From NCBI GenBank assembly GCA_963665125.2, contig CAXXUK010000001.1, positions 1,344,001-1,408,000 on the forward strand: a stretch of 64,000 nt of DNA. Reading direction: 5' to 3'. Source of the stretch: an uncultured Desulfarculus sp. Its GTDB lineage: Bacteria > Desulfobacterota > Desulfarculia > Desulfarculales > Desulfarculaceae. Each line of letters begins with the position of its first letter. The stretch's first letter is position 1. The notes below the pieces were generated by a model. That model made no database searches and was not told the origin of the DNA. It worked only from the letters and a program-made list of their open reading frames with translations. Both the position numbers and the translations under genes were made by a program. Positions 29,819-39,141 of this stretch are shown one piece after another.

Positions 29819-30006
29819 ATTCCTCACTTTTATACTATTTTACTATACCTTTCCGGTTTTATCCTTCTCTTTATCTCCCTGAGCCTTTTTCCCATATTTA
29901 TCGGCACGGGTGCGCCGTATTGCGGCTGAGACCTCCGGGCCTGATGTATGCCCGGAGTGACATCAATGAAGTGAAAACCGTTGGACATAAATACAATGAA
30001 TCGTTA

Positions 30007-30024
30007 TATTTAGTATACTAATCA
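30007..30024. promoter_or_regulatory. EctR/CosR-type operator TATTTAGT-AT-ACTAATCA
   Basis: Perfect core palindrome TTAGTATACTAA (30010-30021), adjacent to a TTGACA-N17-TAACGT promoter (30026-30054). Confidence 0.7.
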
Positions 30025-30096
30025 TTTGACAACATAACATTTGCCTTTTAACGTAGATGGAAACCTCTAGTTCTTACGGTTTGGAATCTCCCGCGC

Positions 30097-30627
30097 ATGG
30101 CTTACGACGAAAGCATCCTGAGTTCGCTCAGGCGCATAACCAGGGCCATTGACCTGCACAGCCGCAAGTTGGCTTCCGAGTACAAGCTCACGGCGCCACA
30201 GCTTGTCTGCCTGCGCCAGCTGTACAATGATGGCCCCCTCCCCCCCAGCCGTCTGGCCAGAGAAGTATCTCTGAGCCAAGCCACGGTCACCGGAATAATC
30301 GACCGTCTGGAACGCAGCAGGCTCGTGGAACGGCGGCGTGATCAAAAAGACCGCCGCCAGATAAGCATTTTCATCACGGAAAAAGGCAGGGAACTGGTCC
30401 AAAGTGCTCCGCTTCCCCTGCAGGAGAGGTTTGCCGGACGCCTTGCAAAGTTGGACCAACAACAACAGGCTCTGATCGACAAAACACTGAAAGAAATTGT
30501 CGAAATGATGGAGGCGACAGAGCTTGATGTCGCTCCAGTCATTACCAGCGGCAATGTGGAAGCGGAGCACACCCAGGTTGAGGAATTCCTGGATGCTCCG
30601 ATATTGAACAAGGAAAACAAAAACTGA
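30097..30627 (+). CDS. MarR-family regulator, EctR/CosR (compatible solute) type
   Basis: LRRITRAIDLHSRKL...LTAPQL...SLSQATVTGIIDRLE...APLPLQERF; lies directly upstream of proVWX. Confidence 0.88.
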   Translation: MAYDESILSSLRRITRAIDLHSRKLASEYKLTAPQLVCLRQLYNDGPLPPSRLAREVSLSQATVTGIIDRLERSRLVERRRDQKDRRQISIFITEKGRELVQSAPLPLQERFAGRLAKLDQQQQALIDKTLKEIVEMMEATELDVAPVITSGNVEAEHTQVEEFLDAPILNKENKN

Positions 30628-30835
30628 TAATGGGTTTCCCCAAGACCGACTGCCATATCCTAACCGACCTACTGCTCAACTGCGCGTGCGGCATCCACAA
30701 CTCGTGGCGCCTACTTTGGGCCAGCTGCGACTACCGTTTTCCCAACTAAGCCTTTTTCCTAAGCACCCCGTACGGTTCGCCCTGGCGAACAGTGCCATGT
30801 TTTATTCCTATCAACTTACCGGGAGAACCGTGCAT

Positions 30836-32035
30836 ATGCCCTGCATGATCAAAGTTGAAAACGTCTTCAAGGTTTTCGGAGCCCATCCGGAAAATGCCAT
30901 CCCTTTGGTAAAGGAAGGCCTGTCCAAGGATGAAATCCTAAAAAAAACAGGCCAAGCCGTCGGTTGCGCCGACGTCTCCTTTGAGGTGGAGCAAGGCCAG
31001 TTGTTGGTGGTGATGGGCCTTTCGGGCAGCGGCAAATCCACGTTGATCCGTTGCCTGAACCGGCTCAATGAACCCACGTCAGGCTCCATCGTCATCGATG
31101 GCGTCGACGTCACCAAGCTTGGCGACAGGGAACTCATGGAGTTCCGCCGCCGCAAGTTTGGTTTCGTATTCCAGCACTTCGCCCTGTTTCCCCACCGCAC
31201 GGTGCAGGCCAACGCCGAGTACGGCCTGGAGATCCAGGGCATGGACCCCATGGAGCGGGCCGAAAAAGCTCGGACAGCCCTCAAACAGGTGGGCCTGGAG
31301 GGTTGGGAGGAATCCTACCCGGCCCAGCTCTCTGGTGGCATGCAACAGCGAGTGGGCCTGGCCAGAGCCCTGGCCGTGGACCCGGACATCCTGCTGATGG
31401 ACGAGGCCTTCTCCGCTTTGGACCCTCTGATCCGCCGGGGCATGCAGGACGAGTTGATAAGCCTGCAACACGAGCTTCAAAAGACCATCGTGTTCATCAC
31501 CCACGATCTGGACGAAGCCCTGAAGCTGGGCGACAAGGTCATCCTGATGAAGGACGGCAAGATCGTCCAGCAGGGCACCCCGGAGGAGATCCTGACCAAC
31601 CCGGCCACCCGCTATGTTGAAAAATTCGTCGAGGACGTGGACATGTCCAAGGTGCTCACTGCCTCGTCGGTGATGAACGAGCCCAAGATCGTGGCCTTCC
31701 CCAAGGAAGGACCCCACGTGGCCCTGAGGCGAATGCGCGAAGAAGGCCTGTCGAGCATCTTCGTGGTGGAGAAAAAACGCATCCTGAAGGGCCTGCTCAC
31801 CGCAGAAGCAGCCAAACGGGCCGCCGACCGGGGCGACAAGGAAATCGAAAACTATGTCAACCACACCGACCTGCCCACGGTGAGCCCCGACGATTCGTTG
31901 AACACTCTTTTTCCCCTGCTTGCTGAAAGCAATCTGCCTTTGCCCGTAATCGACGAAAACCGCCGTTTGTTGGGCATTGTCGTGCGGGGCTCGGTATTGG
32001 CCGGCCTGGCTGATGCGGGAGCGACCAATGACTGA
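30836..32035 (+). CDS. proV: Glycine betaine/proline ABC ATPase with CBS pair
   Basis: MGLSGSGKST, LSGGMQQRVGLARAL, MDEAFSALDPLIR, C-terminal CBS domains. Confidence 0.93.
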   Translation: MPCMIKVENVFKVFGAHPENAIPLVKEGLSKDEILKKTGQAVGCADVSFEVEQGQLLVVMGLSGSGKSTLIRCLNRLNEPTSGSIVIDGVDVTKLGDRELMEFRRRKFGFVFQHFALFPHRTVQANAEYGLEIQGMDPMERAEKARTALKQVGLEGWEESYPAQLSGGMQQRVGLARALAVDPDILLMDEAFSALDPLIRRGMQDELISLQHELQKTIVFITHDLDEALKLGDKVILMKDGKIVQQGTPEEILTNPATRYVEKFVEDVDMSKVLTASSVMNEPKIVAFPKEGPHVALRRMREEGLSSIFVVEKKRILKGLLTAEAAKRAADRGDKEIENYVNHTDLPTVSPDDSLNTLFPLLAESNLPLPVIDENRRLLGIVVRGSVLAGLADAGATND

Positions 32036-32879
32036 TCTTAATATCCCCAAAATACCCCTGGACGAATGGATTGATGGGGCCATTGACTGGACCTCCACCA
32101 ACTTTGCCCCGGTGACCAAGGCCGTAAGCAAAGTCATCGAGGCTGTGGTGGAAGGCCTTGTCGAAGGGCTTGAGTGGCTGCCGTTTTGGCTATTGATCAT
32201 CGTGCTGGCCGGCGTGGCTTGGCGCATTGCCGGACGCAAGGTGGGCATTGGCTCGGCCCTTGGCCTGTTGCTGCTTTGGAACCTTGGGCTTTGGCAATCG
32301 ACCCTGGAGACAATGGCCCTGGTTCTGTTTTCCACTGCCGTGGCCATGTCCGTGGGCCTGCCTCTGGGCATACTGGCGGCGCTCAATGAAACAGCCTACA
32401 AAATCATATCGCCCATTCTCGACTTCATGCAGACCATGCCCGCGTTTGTCTACCTGATACCGGCCATCCCGTTCTTTGGCCTGGGCGTGGTCTCGGCCAT
32501 ATTCTCCACAGTGATCTTCGCAGTACCCCCGGCCATTCGACTGACAGGTCTGGGCATCCGCCAAGTGCCCAATGAACTCATCGAGGCGGCCGACGCATAC
32601 GGTTCGACCTGGAGCCAGAAGCTGATAAAGCTCCAGCTCCCCCTGGCCACGCCGACGATCATGGCCGGCGTAAACCAGACCATCATGCTCTCGCTTTCCA
32701 TGGTCGTAATCGCGGCCATGATCGGCGCGGGTGGCCTGGGCGGCGACGTGTGGAAGGCCATCCAGCGTATGCAGCCGGGTATGGGCTTCGAAGCCGGGTT
32801 GGGCATCGTTATTTTGGCAATGATACTGGACCGCATCACCCAAAAAATTGCAAAATCAGGCGAACAGGAAGGGCACTAG
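32028..32879 (+). CDS. proW: Glycine betaine/proline ABC permease
   Basis: PILDFMQTMPAFVYLIP, GVNQTIMLSLSMVVIAAMIGAGGLG. Confidence 0.93.
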   Translation: MTDLNIPKIPLDEWIDGAIDWTSTNFAPVTKAVSKVIEAVVEGLVEGLEWLPFWLLIIVLAGVAWRIAGRKVGIGSALGLLLLWNLGLWQSTLETMALVLFSTAVAMSVGLPLGILAALNETAYKIISPILDFMQTMPAFVYLIPAIPFFGLGVVSAIFSTVIFAVPPAIRLTGLGIRQVPNELIEAADAYGSTWSQKLIKLQLPLATPTIMAGVNQTIMLSLSMVVIAAMIGAGGLGGDVWKAIQRMQPGMGFEAGLGIVILAMILDRITQKIAKSGEQEGH

Positions 32880-32937
32880 GCCCAGTTCGCCGATTGTTAA
32901 CCATAGCGATAATGCACGTTCGAAAAGGAGAGTTCAC

Positions 32938-33801
32938 ATGAAACGTTTCAAAGCGAAAATGGCCATGGCCATTATGCTTTGCCTGGCAGTTTGCGGCCTG
33001 GCAATGGCCCCGGCGGCAAACGCCGGCGATACCATCAAATTGGTCTATGTCGAATGGGCCTGCGCTACGGCAAGTACAAATCTTGTCGCTGCGGTTATCG
33101 AGACAAAATTGGGTAAGAAAGTCAAGCTGATGCCGGTCAGCGCGGCTGCCATGTGGCAGGCCGTTGCCTCGGGCGATGCCGACGGCCTGGTCTGCGCTTG
33201 GCTACCAACCACCCACGCGCATTACTTCAAAAAGGTGCAGAGCAAAGTCGATGACCTAGGTCACAACATGACCGGTACGCGTATCGGCCTGGTGGTTCCC
33301 AAGTACGTCACCATCGATTCCATTGACCAGATGGAATCTGTTGCCGACAAGTTCGACGGCAAGATTGTAGGCATTGATCCGGGTGCCGGTCTGATGAGCA
33401 AGACGGAAAAGGTCATCAAAGACTATGGGCTTAAAAATTTCAAGCTTATCGAATCCAGCGGCGCGGCCATGACCGCAGCCCTGGGCGACTCCATCAAAAA
33501 GCATGAATGGGTCGTGGTCACCGGCTGGACTCCTCACTGGAAATTCGGCCGCTGGGAACTCAAATACCTCAAGGACCCCAAGGGCATCTACGGTGGTGAG
33601 GAAAACGTCGATACCATCGTGCGCAAGGGCCTGGAAAAAGACGACCCCAAGGTATTCAATTTCCTGAAGAATTACAAGATCACCGCAACCGAATTGCAGA
33701 CCATGATGGACTGGAACACGGTCAAGGGCGCCGATCCGTACCAGAGCGCTCTGAAGTGGATGAAGGAGAACCCGAACAAGGTTGCGGCCTGGCTCAAGTA
33801 G
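32938..33801 (+). CDS. proX: Glycine betaine ABC substrate-binding protein (OpuAC-type)
   Basis: Signal peptide; YVEW, AWLPTTH, GIDPGAG, GWTPHW Trp box. Confidence 0.92.
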   Translation: MKRFKAKMAMAIMLCLAVCGLAMAPAANAGDTIKLVYVEWACATASTNLVAAVIETKLGKKVKLMPVSAAAMWQAVASGDADGLVCAWLPTTHAHYFKKVQSKVDDLGHNMTGTRIGLVVPKYVTIDSIDQMESVADKFDGKIVGIDPGAGLMSKTEKVIKDYGLKNFKLIESSGAAMTAALGDSIKKHEWVVVTGWTPHWKFGRWELKYLKDPKGIYGGEENVDTIVRKGLEKDDPKVFNFLKNYKITATELQTMMDWNTVKGADPYQSALKWMKENPNKVAAWLK

Positions 33802-33896
33802 CCGGGCTTTTAGCGCCCTGCCCCGCCTAAGGGAGAGCGTGGCCGAGCGTGTCAACTTTGACAAACAACATAGGCGAATTAGTTAGGAGAAGGAGA

Positions 33897-35207
33897 ATGA
33901 AAAAGCTGGTATTGCCGGTGATTCTGGCGGTTGCGCTGATGCTATGCGCACCCCTGGGCGCCATCGCCGGCGGTGAAGACAACACAGAAGACCTGAAGCA
34001 GGAGATTCAGGCCCTGAAGGCAAAACTGGCCGAGATGGACCAGTTGAAAGCCAAACTGGCTGAGCTGGAAGCCCGTTTGGACAAAAATGATCAGCAGGAC
34101 GTCAAGGCCAAAGAGGTCACAGATCAGCACGAGGGTGTTCTGGCCAAGATCAAAGACCAGACCAACATCGACATCGGCGGCGCTGTGCGGTTCAACTACC
34201 GCAACACTGACTACAATGACAAGGGCAAGAGCCGCGGCGGCGACCTCACCTGGGACATCTTCCGCCTCAACGTTGACGGCTCCATCAACAACATCCTGGT
34301 CAGCGCCGAGTACCGTTGGTACTCCTACATGGACGTTCTGCATCACGCCTGGATGGGCTACAATTTCAACGAAAACTGGCAGGGCCAGTTGGGCGTGACC
34401 CAGGTTCCCTTCGGCCTGCTGCCCTGGGCCTCGCATAACTACTGGTTCAGCCTGGCCTACTACGTGGGTCTGGAAGACGACTATGACCTGGGCGCCAAAG
34501 TGCTTTACAAAGAAGGCCCCCTGGATATCCAGATGGCCTTCTTCAAAAACGAAGAATGGGGCAATCCCGCCGACCTGGAGCGCTACAGCATTGACGTGGT
34601 CACCAGCGGCGATCAGCAAAACCAGGAAAGCAATCAGGTCAACGCCCGCGTGGCCTACACCTTTGGCAAGGACACCAAGTTCAACACCGAGGTCGGCCTC
34701 TCGGGCCAAATAGGCCAGCTCTACAACAACACCACCGACTCCAACGGCTCCCACTGGGCAGCCGGCGCCCATGTCAACGGCAACTACGGCCCGGTCAACA
34801 TCATGCTGGAAGCCGCCCGCTATTCATATGACCCGGACAACCCGGCCGGTGTTAATGATCAAACCATCCTCATGGGCGCATTTGGGGCCGATTATACGGT
34901 TGCCTCCGAGGCCTGGCTCTATATCGCCGGTATCGCCTACAACTTTGACGTGAACTGGGGTCCGGTTACCGGCTTGCAGTTCTATGACGATTTCAGCATG
35001 ATCGACAAGGATGAGGACGGATACGAGAATTCCTTCATCAATACCCTTGGCTGCCTGATCAGCGCCAACCCGGTCTACATTTATGTCGACCTGGTAATGG
35101 GTAAAAACGCCATATGGGTTGGCAGCGACAACAACGCCATGGCCCAAGGCGACCCGGATGCCGAATGGCAGTATCTGTTCAACATCAACTTTGGCTACTA
35201 CTTCTAG
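33897..35207 (+). CDS. Outer-membrane beta-barrel porin with N-terminal coiled coil
   Basis: Signal peptide, heptad stretch LKQEIQALKAKLAEMDQLKAKLAELEARL, alternating beta-strands, C-terminal FGYYF. Confidence 0.8.
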   Translation: MKKLVLPVILAVALMLCAPLGAIAGGEDNTEDLKQEIQALKAKLAEMDQLKAKLAELEARLDKNDQQDVKAKEVTDQHEGVLAKIKDQTNIDIGGAVRFNYRNTDYNDKGKSRGGDLTWDIFRLNVDGSINNILVSAEYRWYSYMDVLHHAWMGYNFNENWQGQLGVTQVPFGLLPWASHNYWFSLAYYVGLEDDYDLGAKVLYKEGPLDIQMAFFKNEEWGNPADLERYSIDVVTSGDQQNQESNQVNARVAYTFGKDTKFNTEVGLSGQIGQLYNNTTDSNGSHWAAGAHVNGNYGPVNIMLEAARYSYDPDNPAGVNDQTILMGAFGADYTVASEAWLYIAGIAYNFDVNWGPVTGLQFYDDFSMIDKDEDGYENSFINTLGCLISANPVYIYVDLVMGKNAIWVGSDNNAMAQGDPDAEWQYLFNINFGYYF

Positions 35208-35227
35208 GCCAAACTTGATTTGAGCCC

Positions 35228-35260
35228 AAGGGCCGGCCCTTTACCGGGGCCGGTCTTTTT
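35228..35260 (+). terminator. Intrinsic terminator after the porin gene
   Basis: AAGGGCCGGCCC/GGGCCGGTCTT stem with a T-tract. Confidence 0.75.
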
Positions 35261-35434
35261 AGTATGTGCAAGCCACCCCGGCCCATTACATTTCATCAAA
35301 AATGATACATTTTTGTATCTACATGCCACCAAACATTCCCCCTGGTGTGATTCCAATTAGCCTTTTTTCGGCCTCATTTTCGCCACGGCTGCATCAATGC
35401 AGGCGAATCTGAACATCGTTTGCCACCTGTCCGC

Positions 35435-35450
35435 TGGCATATTAATTGCT
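35435..35450 (+). promoter_or_regulatory. Sigma54 (-24/-12) promoter
   Basis: TGGCAT-ATTAA-TTGCT with exact GG-N10-GC spacing; palindrome GATACA-TTTT-TGTATC at 35304-35319 is a candidate enhancer. Confidence 0.75.
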
Positions 35451-35562
35451 AATAATTTCCAGCGCCTGCTCTCCAAATTTCGTCAACCCGGTGACAATCA
35501 AACCGGTAGCAACGGATTGGCAGATCAATCTATCACGCTTAGATAAAGAGAGAGGTTGCTTC

Positions 35563-36600
35563 ATGCCCGAGAGGATACTTGCTCTTTCAAAGGACGTTTC
35601 CACCCTTGTCACCGGAAAAGTGGCCGAGATATCCGGCGTCACCCGTTCAACCAAGTACTTGGCCCTGAATGCCGCCGTGGAGGCGGCCAGAGCGGGTGAG
35701 GCGGGCAGAGGATTTGCAATCGTGGCCGAGGAAGTCGGCCGGGTATCCGAGTCCATCAGCAAGATCACCATTGACCTGATGCAATCCCTGGAAGAGAGCG
35801 TCGGCAAATTGGACAACCTCGGCAGGCAGATGGTGGCAAACGTCCGGGGGCGGCGCCTGTCCGATTTGGCTCTCAACATGATAGACATCATAGACCGCAA
35901 CCTGTATGAGCGCTCCTGCGATGTCCGCTGGTGGGCCACCGACCAGGCCATTGTCGACTGCGCGGCCGATCCGGTGCCGGACAAGACGAAATTCGCCAGC
36001 AAACGCCTGGGCGTTATTCTTGATTCATACACCGTATATCTTGATCTATGGGTTCTGGACACCAAGGGCAACGTCCTGGCCAACGGCAGACCCGACCGTT
36101 ACCGGGTCAACAGCACCAACCACAAAAACCAGCCGTGGTTTCAAGACGCATTGGCCACCCACGACGGGACCTGTTTCGCCGTGGCCGATGTAGCCACCAA
36201 CCCCGAGTTGGGCAACAAGGCCGTCGCCACATATGCCACGGCAATCAGGGAAAACGGCGAGGCCCACGGCAGAGAGCTTGGCGTGTTGGGTATCTTCTTT
36301 GATTGGGAACCCCAGGCCCAGGCCGTTGTCGATGGGGTGCGCTTGGATCCGGATGAAGTTGGCCGCACCAGGTGCTTGCTGTTGGATTCCAAATTCAGGG
36401 TGATCGCGGCTTCCGACGACCAGGGGCTTTTACAGGAAACGGTTGCCTTGCAAAAGACGGACGAACCCAAAGGAACCTTTGTCGACAATTCCGGCACCAT
36501 GGTCGCCTATGCCCTGACACCAGGCTATGAAACCTATAAGGGGCTCAACTGGTACGGGGTGATCGTGCAGGCCATGCCGCAAAAAACACCTAAAACATAA
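35563..36600 (+). CDS. Soluble chemoreceptor-like protein: short MCP signalling hairpin followed by a Cache-like domain
   Basis: [26 protein letters not shown] near the N-terminus; [28 protein letters not shown]; no TM segment. Start MPERI after GAGAGG. Confidence 0.82.
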   Translation: MPERILALSKDVSTLVTGKVAEISGVTRSTKYLALNAAVEAARAGEAGRGFAIVAEEVGRVSESISKITIDLMQSLEESVGKLDNLGRQMVANVRGRRLSDLALNMIDIIDRNLYERSCDVRWWATDQAIVDCAADPVPDKTKFASKRLGVILDSYTVYLDLWVLDTKGNVLANGRPDRYRVNSTNHKNQPWFQDALATHDGTCFAVADVATNPELGNKAVATYATAIRENGEAHGRELGVLGIFFDWEPQAQAVVDGVRLDPDEVGRTRCLLLDSKFRVIAASDDQGLLQETVALQKTDEPKGTFVDNSGTMVAYALTPGYETYKGLNWYGVIVQAMPQKTPKT

Positions 36601-36972
36601 ACGGCCCATAACAGTCTGACTCCAAAACGCGCGTTCCTCGCAACCCTCGTAGGCAGCCGGTTGCGGCCACGTGGTACGGGTTGGAACCAATGGGCGTTAT
36701 CAGTATAATAAATCATTAAAAACAAAGGCATCTTCGAGATCATTGATTCGTCGCAAAAACGCGTTGGCAATACTATTGTACAAAGCACAAACAATTTTCA
36801 TGTTGTGCACCTCCACCACCTGACGTTATAAAGGCTTGCAGACGCAGCAACATTTAAAAAACAAACAGCCGTGAATGTCATTCCTTGCCTCAGCTACCAT
36901 TCCTAAAGTTCGCCCGGGAACGGCTATTCCGGCTAATTGTCTTTAAACAATCTGTCCAAGGGAGGAGAACCG

Positions 36973-38133
36973 ATGAAGTTTCGCAACATGATTTGTTTCG
37001 CTCTGGTATTGACCTTGGTCCTTGCGGCCGGGTCCGTGCTGGCCAAAGAAAAAGTCAAAGTGGCTTTTCTTGGCCCCTTGACCGGCGGAGTCTCGGCGAT
37101 CGGCGTGGGTGGACGCAATTCCGCCGACTTGGCCGTCAGGCTGCGCAATGCCGACCCCAACGCGAAATATGAATATGAATTCGTGGCCTTGGATGACGAA
37201 TGCAAGCCCAATTCCGGCGTGCAGGTGGCCACCAAAGTAGCCACGGATAAAAAAATCATCGCCGCGGTGACCCAATACTGCTCGGTGGTGGCCCTGGCGT
37301 CGGTGGACGTCTATCACCGCTTCGGCCTGCCGGTGGTGGTCTGGGGTGCGGTGCATCCCGACATCACCTATGGCAACGACTACAAGGAAGTCCACCGCAT
37401 CAACGGCACCATGGTCAACCAGAACGAAACCGCCGCCAAGTTCGCCATGGACCAGGGCTACAAGACCTATGTCCTGCTCTACGACACCACCGACTACGGC
37501 AAGGGCATGTACAACTACTTCAGCAAGTACCTGGAAGCCGAAGGCGGCAAGATTCTGGCCAGCTTCGGCGTCACCCCGGACCAGCAGGACTTTACCGCCG
37601 AGTTAACCCAGGCCAAGACGCTCAACCCGGACGTGATCTGGTTCGGCGGCCTGACCCCCTTGGGCGTGCGCATCCGCCTGCAGATGGAAAAGCTGGGCTC
37701 CGACTCCCAGTTCCAGAGCTGCTCGGGCATCGTGTCCGACGCCTATATCACGGGCACCGGCAAGCTTGCCGAGGGCACCGTGGCCTTCCGCGAGGGTGAG
37801 CCCGTTGAAGACCTGCCCGGCGGCAAGTGGTTCATGGAAGAATACAAAAAGGCCGGTTACGCCGAAGCTCCGGACGCATTCGGCCCCTTTGCCTTCGCGG
37901 CCATGAACCTGATTCTCGACGGCATTGAAAAGGTCGGACCCAGCCGCAGGGCTCTGGTCAAGTGGATGGAAGACATCAAGGACTACGACAGCATCGTCGG
38001 CAAGGTCACCTTTGACGAGCATGGCCAGAACATCTCTCCGGCCATCACCAAATACGTTGTTCAGGATGGCGTATGGGTGCCCTGGAAGAGTTCAGAGTAC
38101 GCAAGCGGCAAGCGCCAACTCAAAAAGAAGTAG
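36973..38133 (+). CDS. livK: Liv-type ABC periplasmic amino acid-binding protein
   Basis: Signal peptide, GPLTGG, DDECKP, DTTDYGKG, GKVTFDEHG; AGGAGG RBS. Confidence 0.88.
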   Translation: MKFRNMICFALVLTLVLAAGSVLAKEKVKVAFLGPLTGGVSAIGVGGRNSADLAVRLRNADPNAKYEYEFVALDDECKPNSGVQVATKVATDKKIIAAVTQYCSVVALASVDVYHRFGLPVVVWGAVHPDITYGNDYKEVHRINGTMVNQNETAAKFAMDQGYKTYVLLYDTTDYGKGMYNYFSKYLEAEGGKILASFGVTPDQQDFTAELTQAKTLNPDVIWFGGLTPLGVRIRLQMEKLGSDSQFQSCSGIVSDAYITGTGKLAEGTVAFREGEPVEDLPGGKWFMEEYKKAGYAEAPDAFGPFAFAAMNLILDGIEKVGPSRRALVKWMEDIKDYDSIVGKVTFDEHGQNISPAITKYVVQDGVWVPWKSSEYASGKRQLKKK

Positions 38134-38152
38134 CCTATTAAAACCGGCAAAC

Positions 38153-38187
38153 CAGAGAGCGGCCCGATTAAAAACGGCCGCTCTCTG
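38153..38187 (+). other. Stem-loop after the binding-protein gene
   Basis: CAGAGAGCGGCC/GGCCGCTCTCTG 12-bp stem. Confidence 0.6.
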
Positions 38188-38217
38188 TGCCGGAAATAAT
38201 ACTTGGGATAAGTTCTG

Positions 38218-39138
38218 ATGGATCTGGGACTGATTGCACAGCATGTTGTAAACGGCCTGATGATGGGCCTCATCTACGCACTCGTGGCAGTGGGCTTCAC
38301 CCTGTTTTTCGGAGTGCTGGACATAATCAAGTTCTCCCACGGCGACGTTTTGACCTGGGGCGTCTTTTCGGCCCTGACGGTTTATATCGGCCTGGACATT
38401 ATCGGCCTGCACGCCCCCTGGCTCACCCTGATCATCGTGACAGTGGTCTCCATGGCCCTGATCGGCGCGCTGGGGGCCTTGATAGCCAAGGTGCTCATCC
38501 TGCCCCTGCGCAAGGCGCCGCCGCTCAATGTCTTGTTGATTACCCTGATGCTCGGCACCGTCCTGCGTGAGTCGATCCGCCTGTTCTACCCCGACGGCGC
38601 CAACCCCAAGCGCTTCCCGGCTCTGCTGCCGGACTGGAGCCATACCTGGGGCAATTTCACGCTTCGCTTTGACAACACCGTAATGCTCATCACCGGCATT
38701 GCTCTTATCGTCTTGGTGCAGGTATTGATCAAACGCACCAAGCTGGGCATGGCCATCCGGGCCGTATCCCAGGACGAGGAGACGGCCCGGATCATGGGCA
38801 TCAATTTCAATATGGTGGTGTTTATAACATTCGCCATAGGCTCGGCCCTGGCAGCCTACGCCGGTGTCACCTATGGCCTTTATTACAATGAACTCAGCTT
38901 CAACATGGGTCTTCTTTTGGGCGCCATCGGCTTCAGCGCCGCGGCGGTGGGCGGCTTCGGCAATATCTATGGCGCCATTGTCGGCGGCTTTTTGTTCGCC
39001 GCCCTGCAAACCATCGGGGCGGCCGCCCTGCCCTTTGCCAGCGCCTACAAGGACGTGTTCGCCTTTGGCGTGGTGATCATGATCATGGCCTTCAAGCCCT
39101 CCGGCCTTTTGGGCGAAAAAGAGACGGAGAGGGTTTAA
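38218..39138 (+). CDS. livH: Liv-type ABC permease (LivH-like)
   Basis: YALVAVGFTLFFGVL, TKLGMAIRAVSQD, GGFGNIYGA. Confidence 0.9.
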   Translation: MDLGLIAQHVVNGLMMGLIYALVAVGFTLFFGVLDIIKFSHGDVLTWGVFSALTVYIGLDIIGLHAPWLTLIIVTVVSMALIGALGALIAKVLILPLRKAPPLNVLLITLMLGTVLRESIRLFYPDGANPKRFPALLPDWSHTWGNFTLRFDNTVMLITGIALIVLVQVLIKRTKLGMAIRAVSQDEETARIMGINFNMVVFITFAIGSALAAYAGVTYGLYYNELSFNMGLLLGAIGFSAAAVGGFGNIYGAIVGGFLFAALQTIGAAALPFASAYKDVFAFGVVIMIMAFKPSGLLGEKETERV

Positions 39139-39141
39139 TCA

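Noticed and set aside
29830..29990. Possible cobalamin riboswitch upstream of the B12 radical SAM gene
   Set aside because: Only one hairpin (29933-29957) is present; no B12 box or conserved core was recognised.
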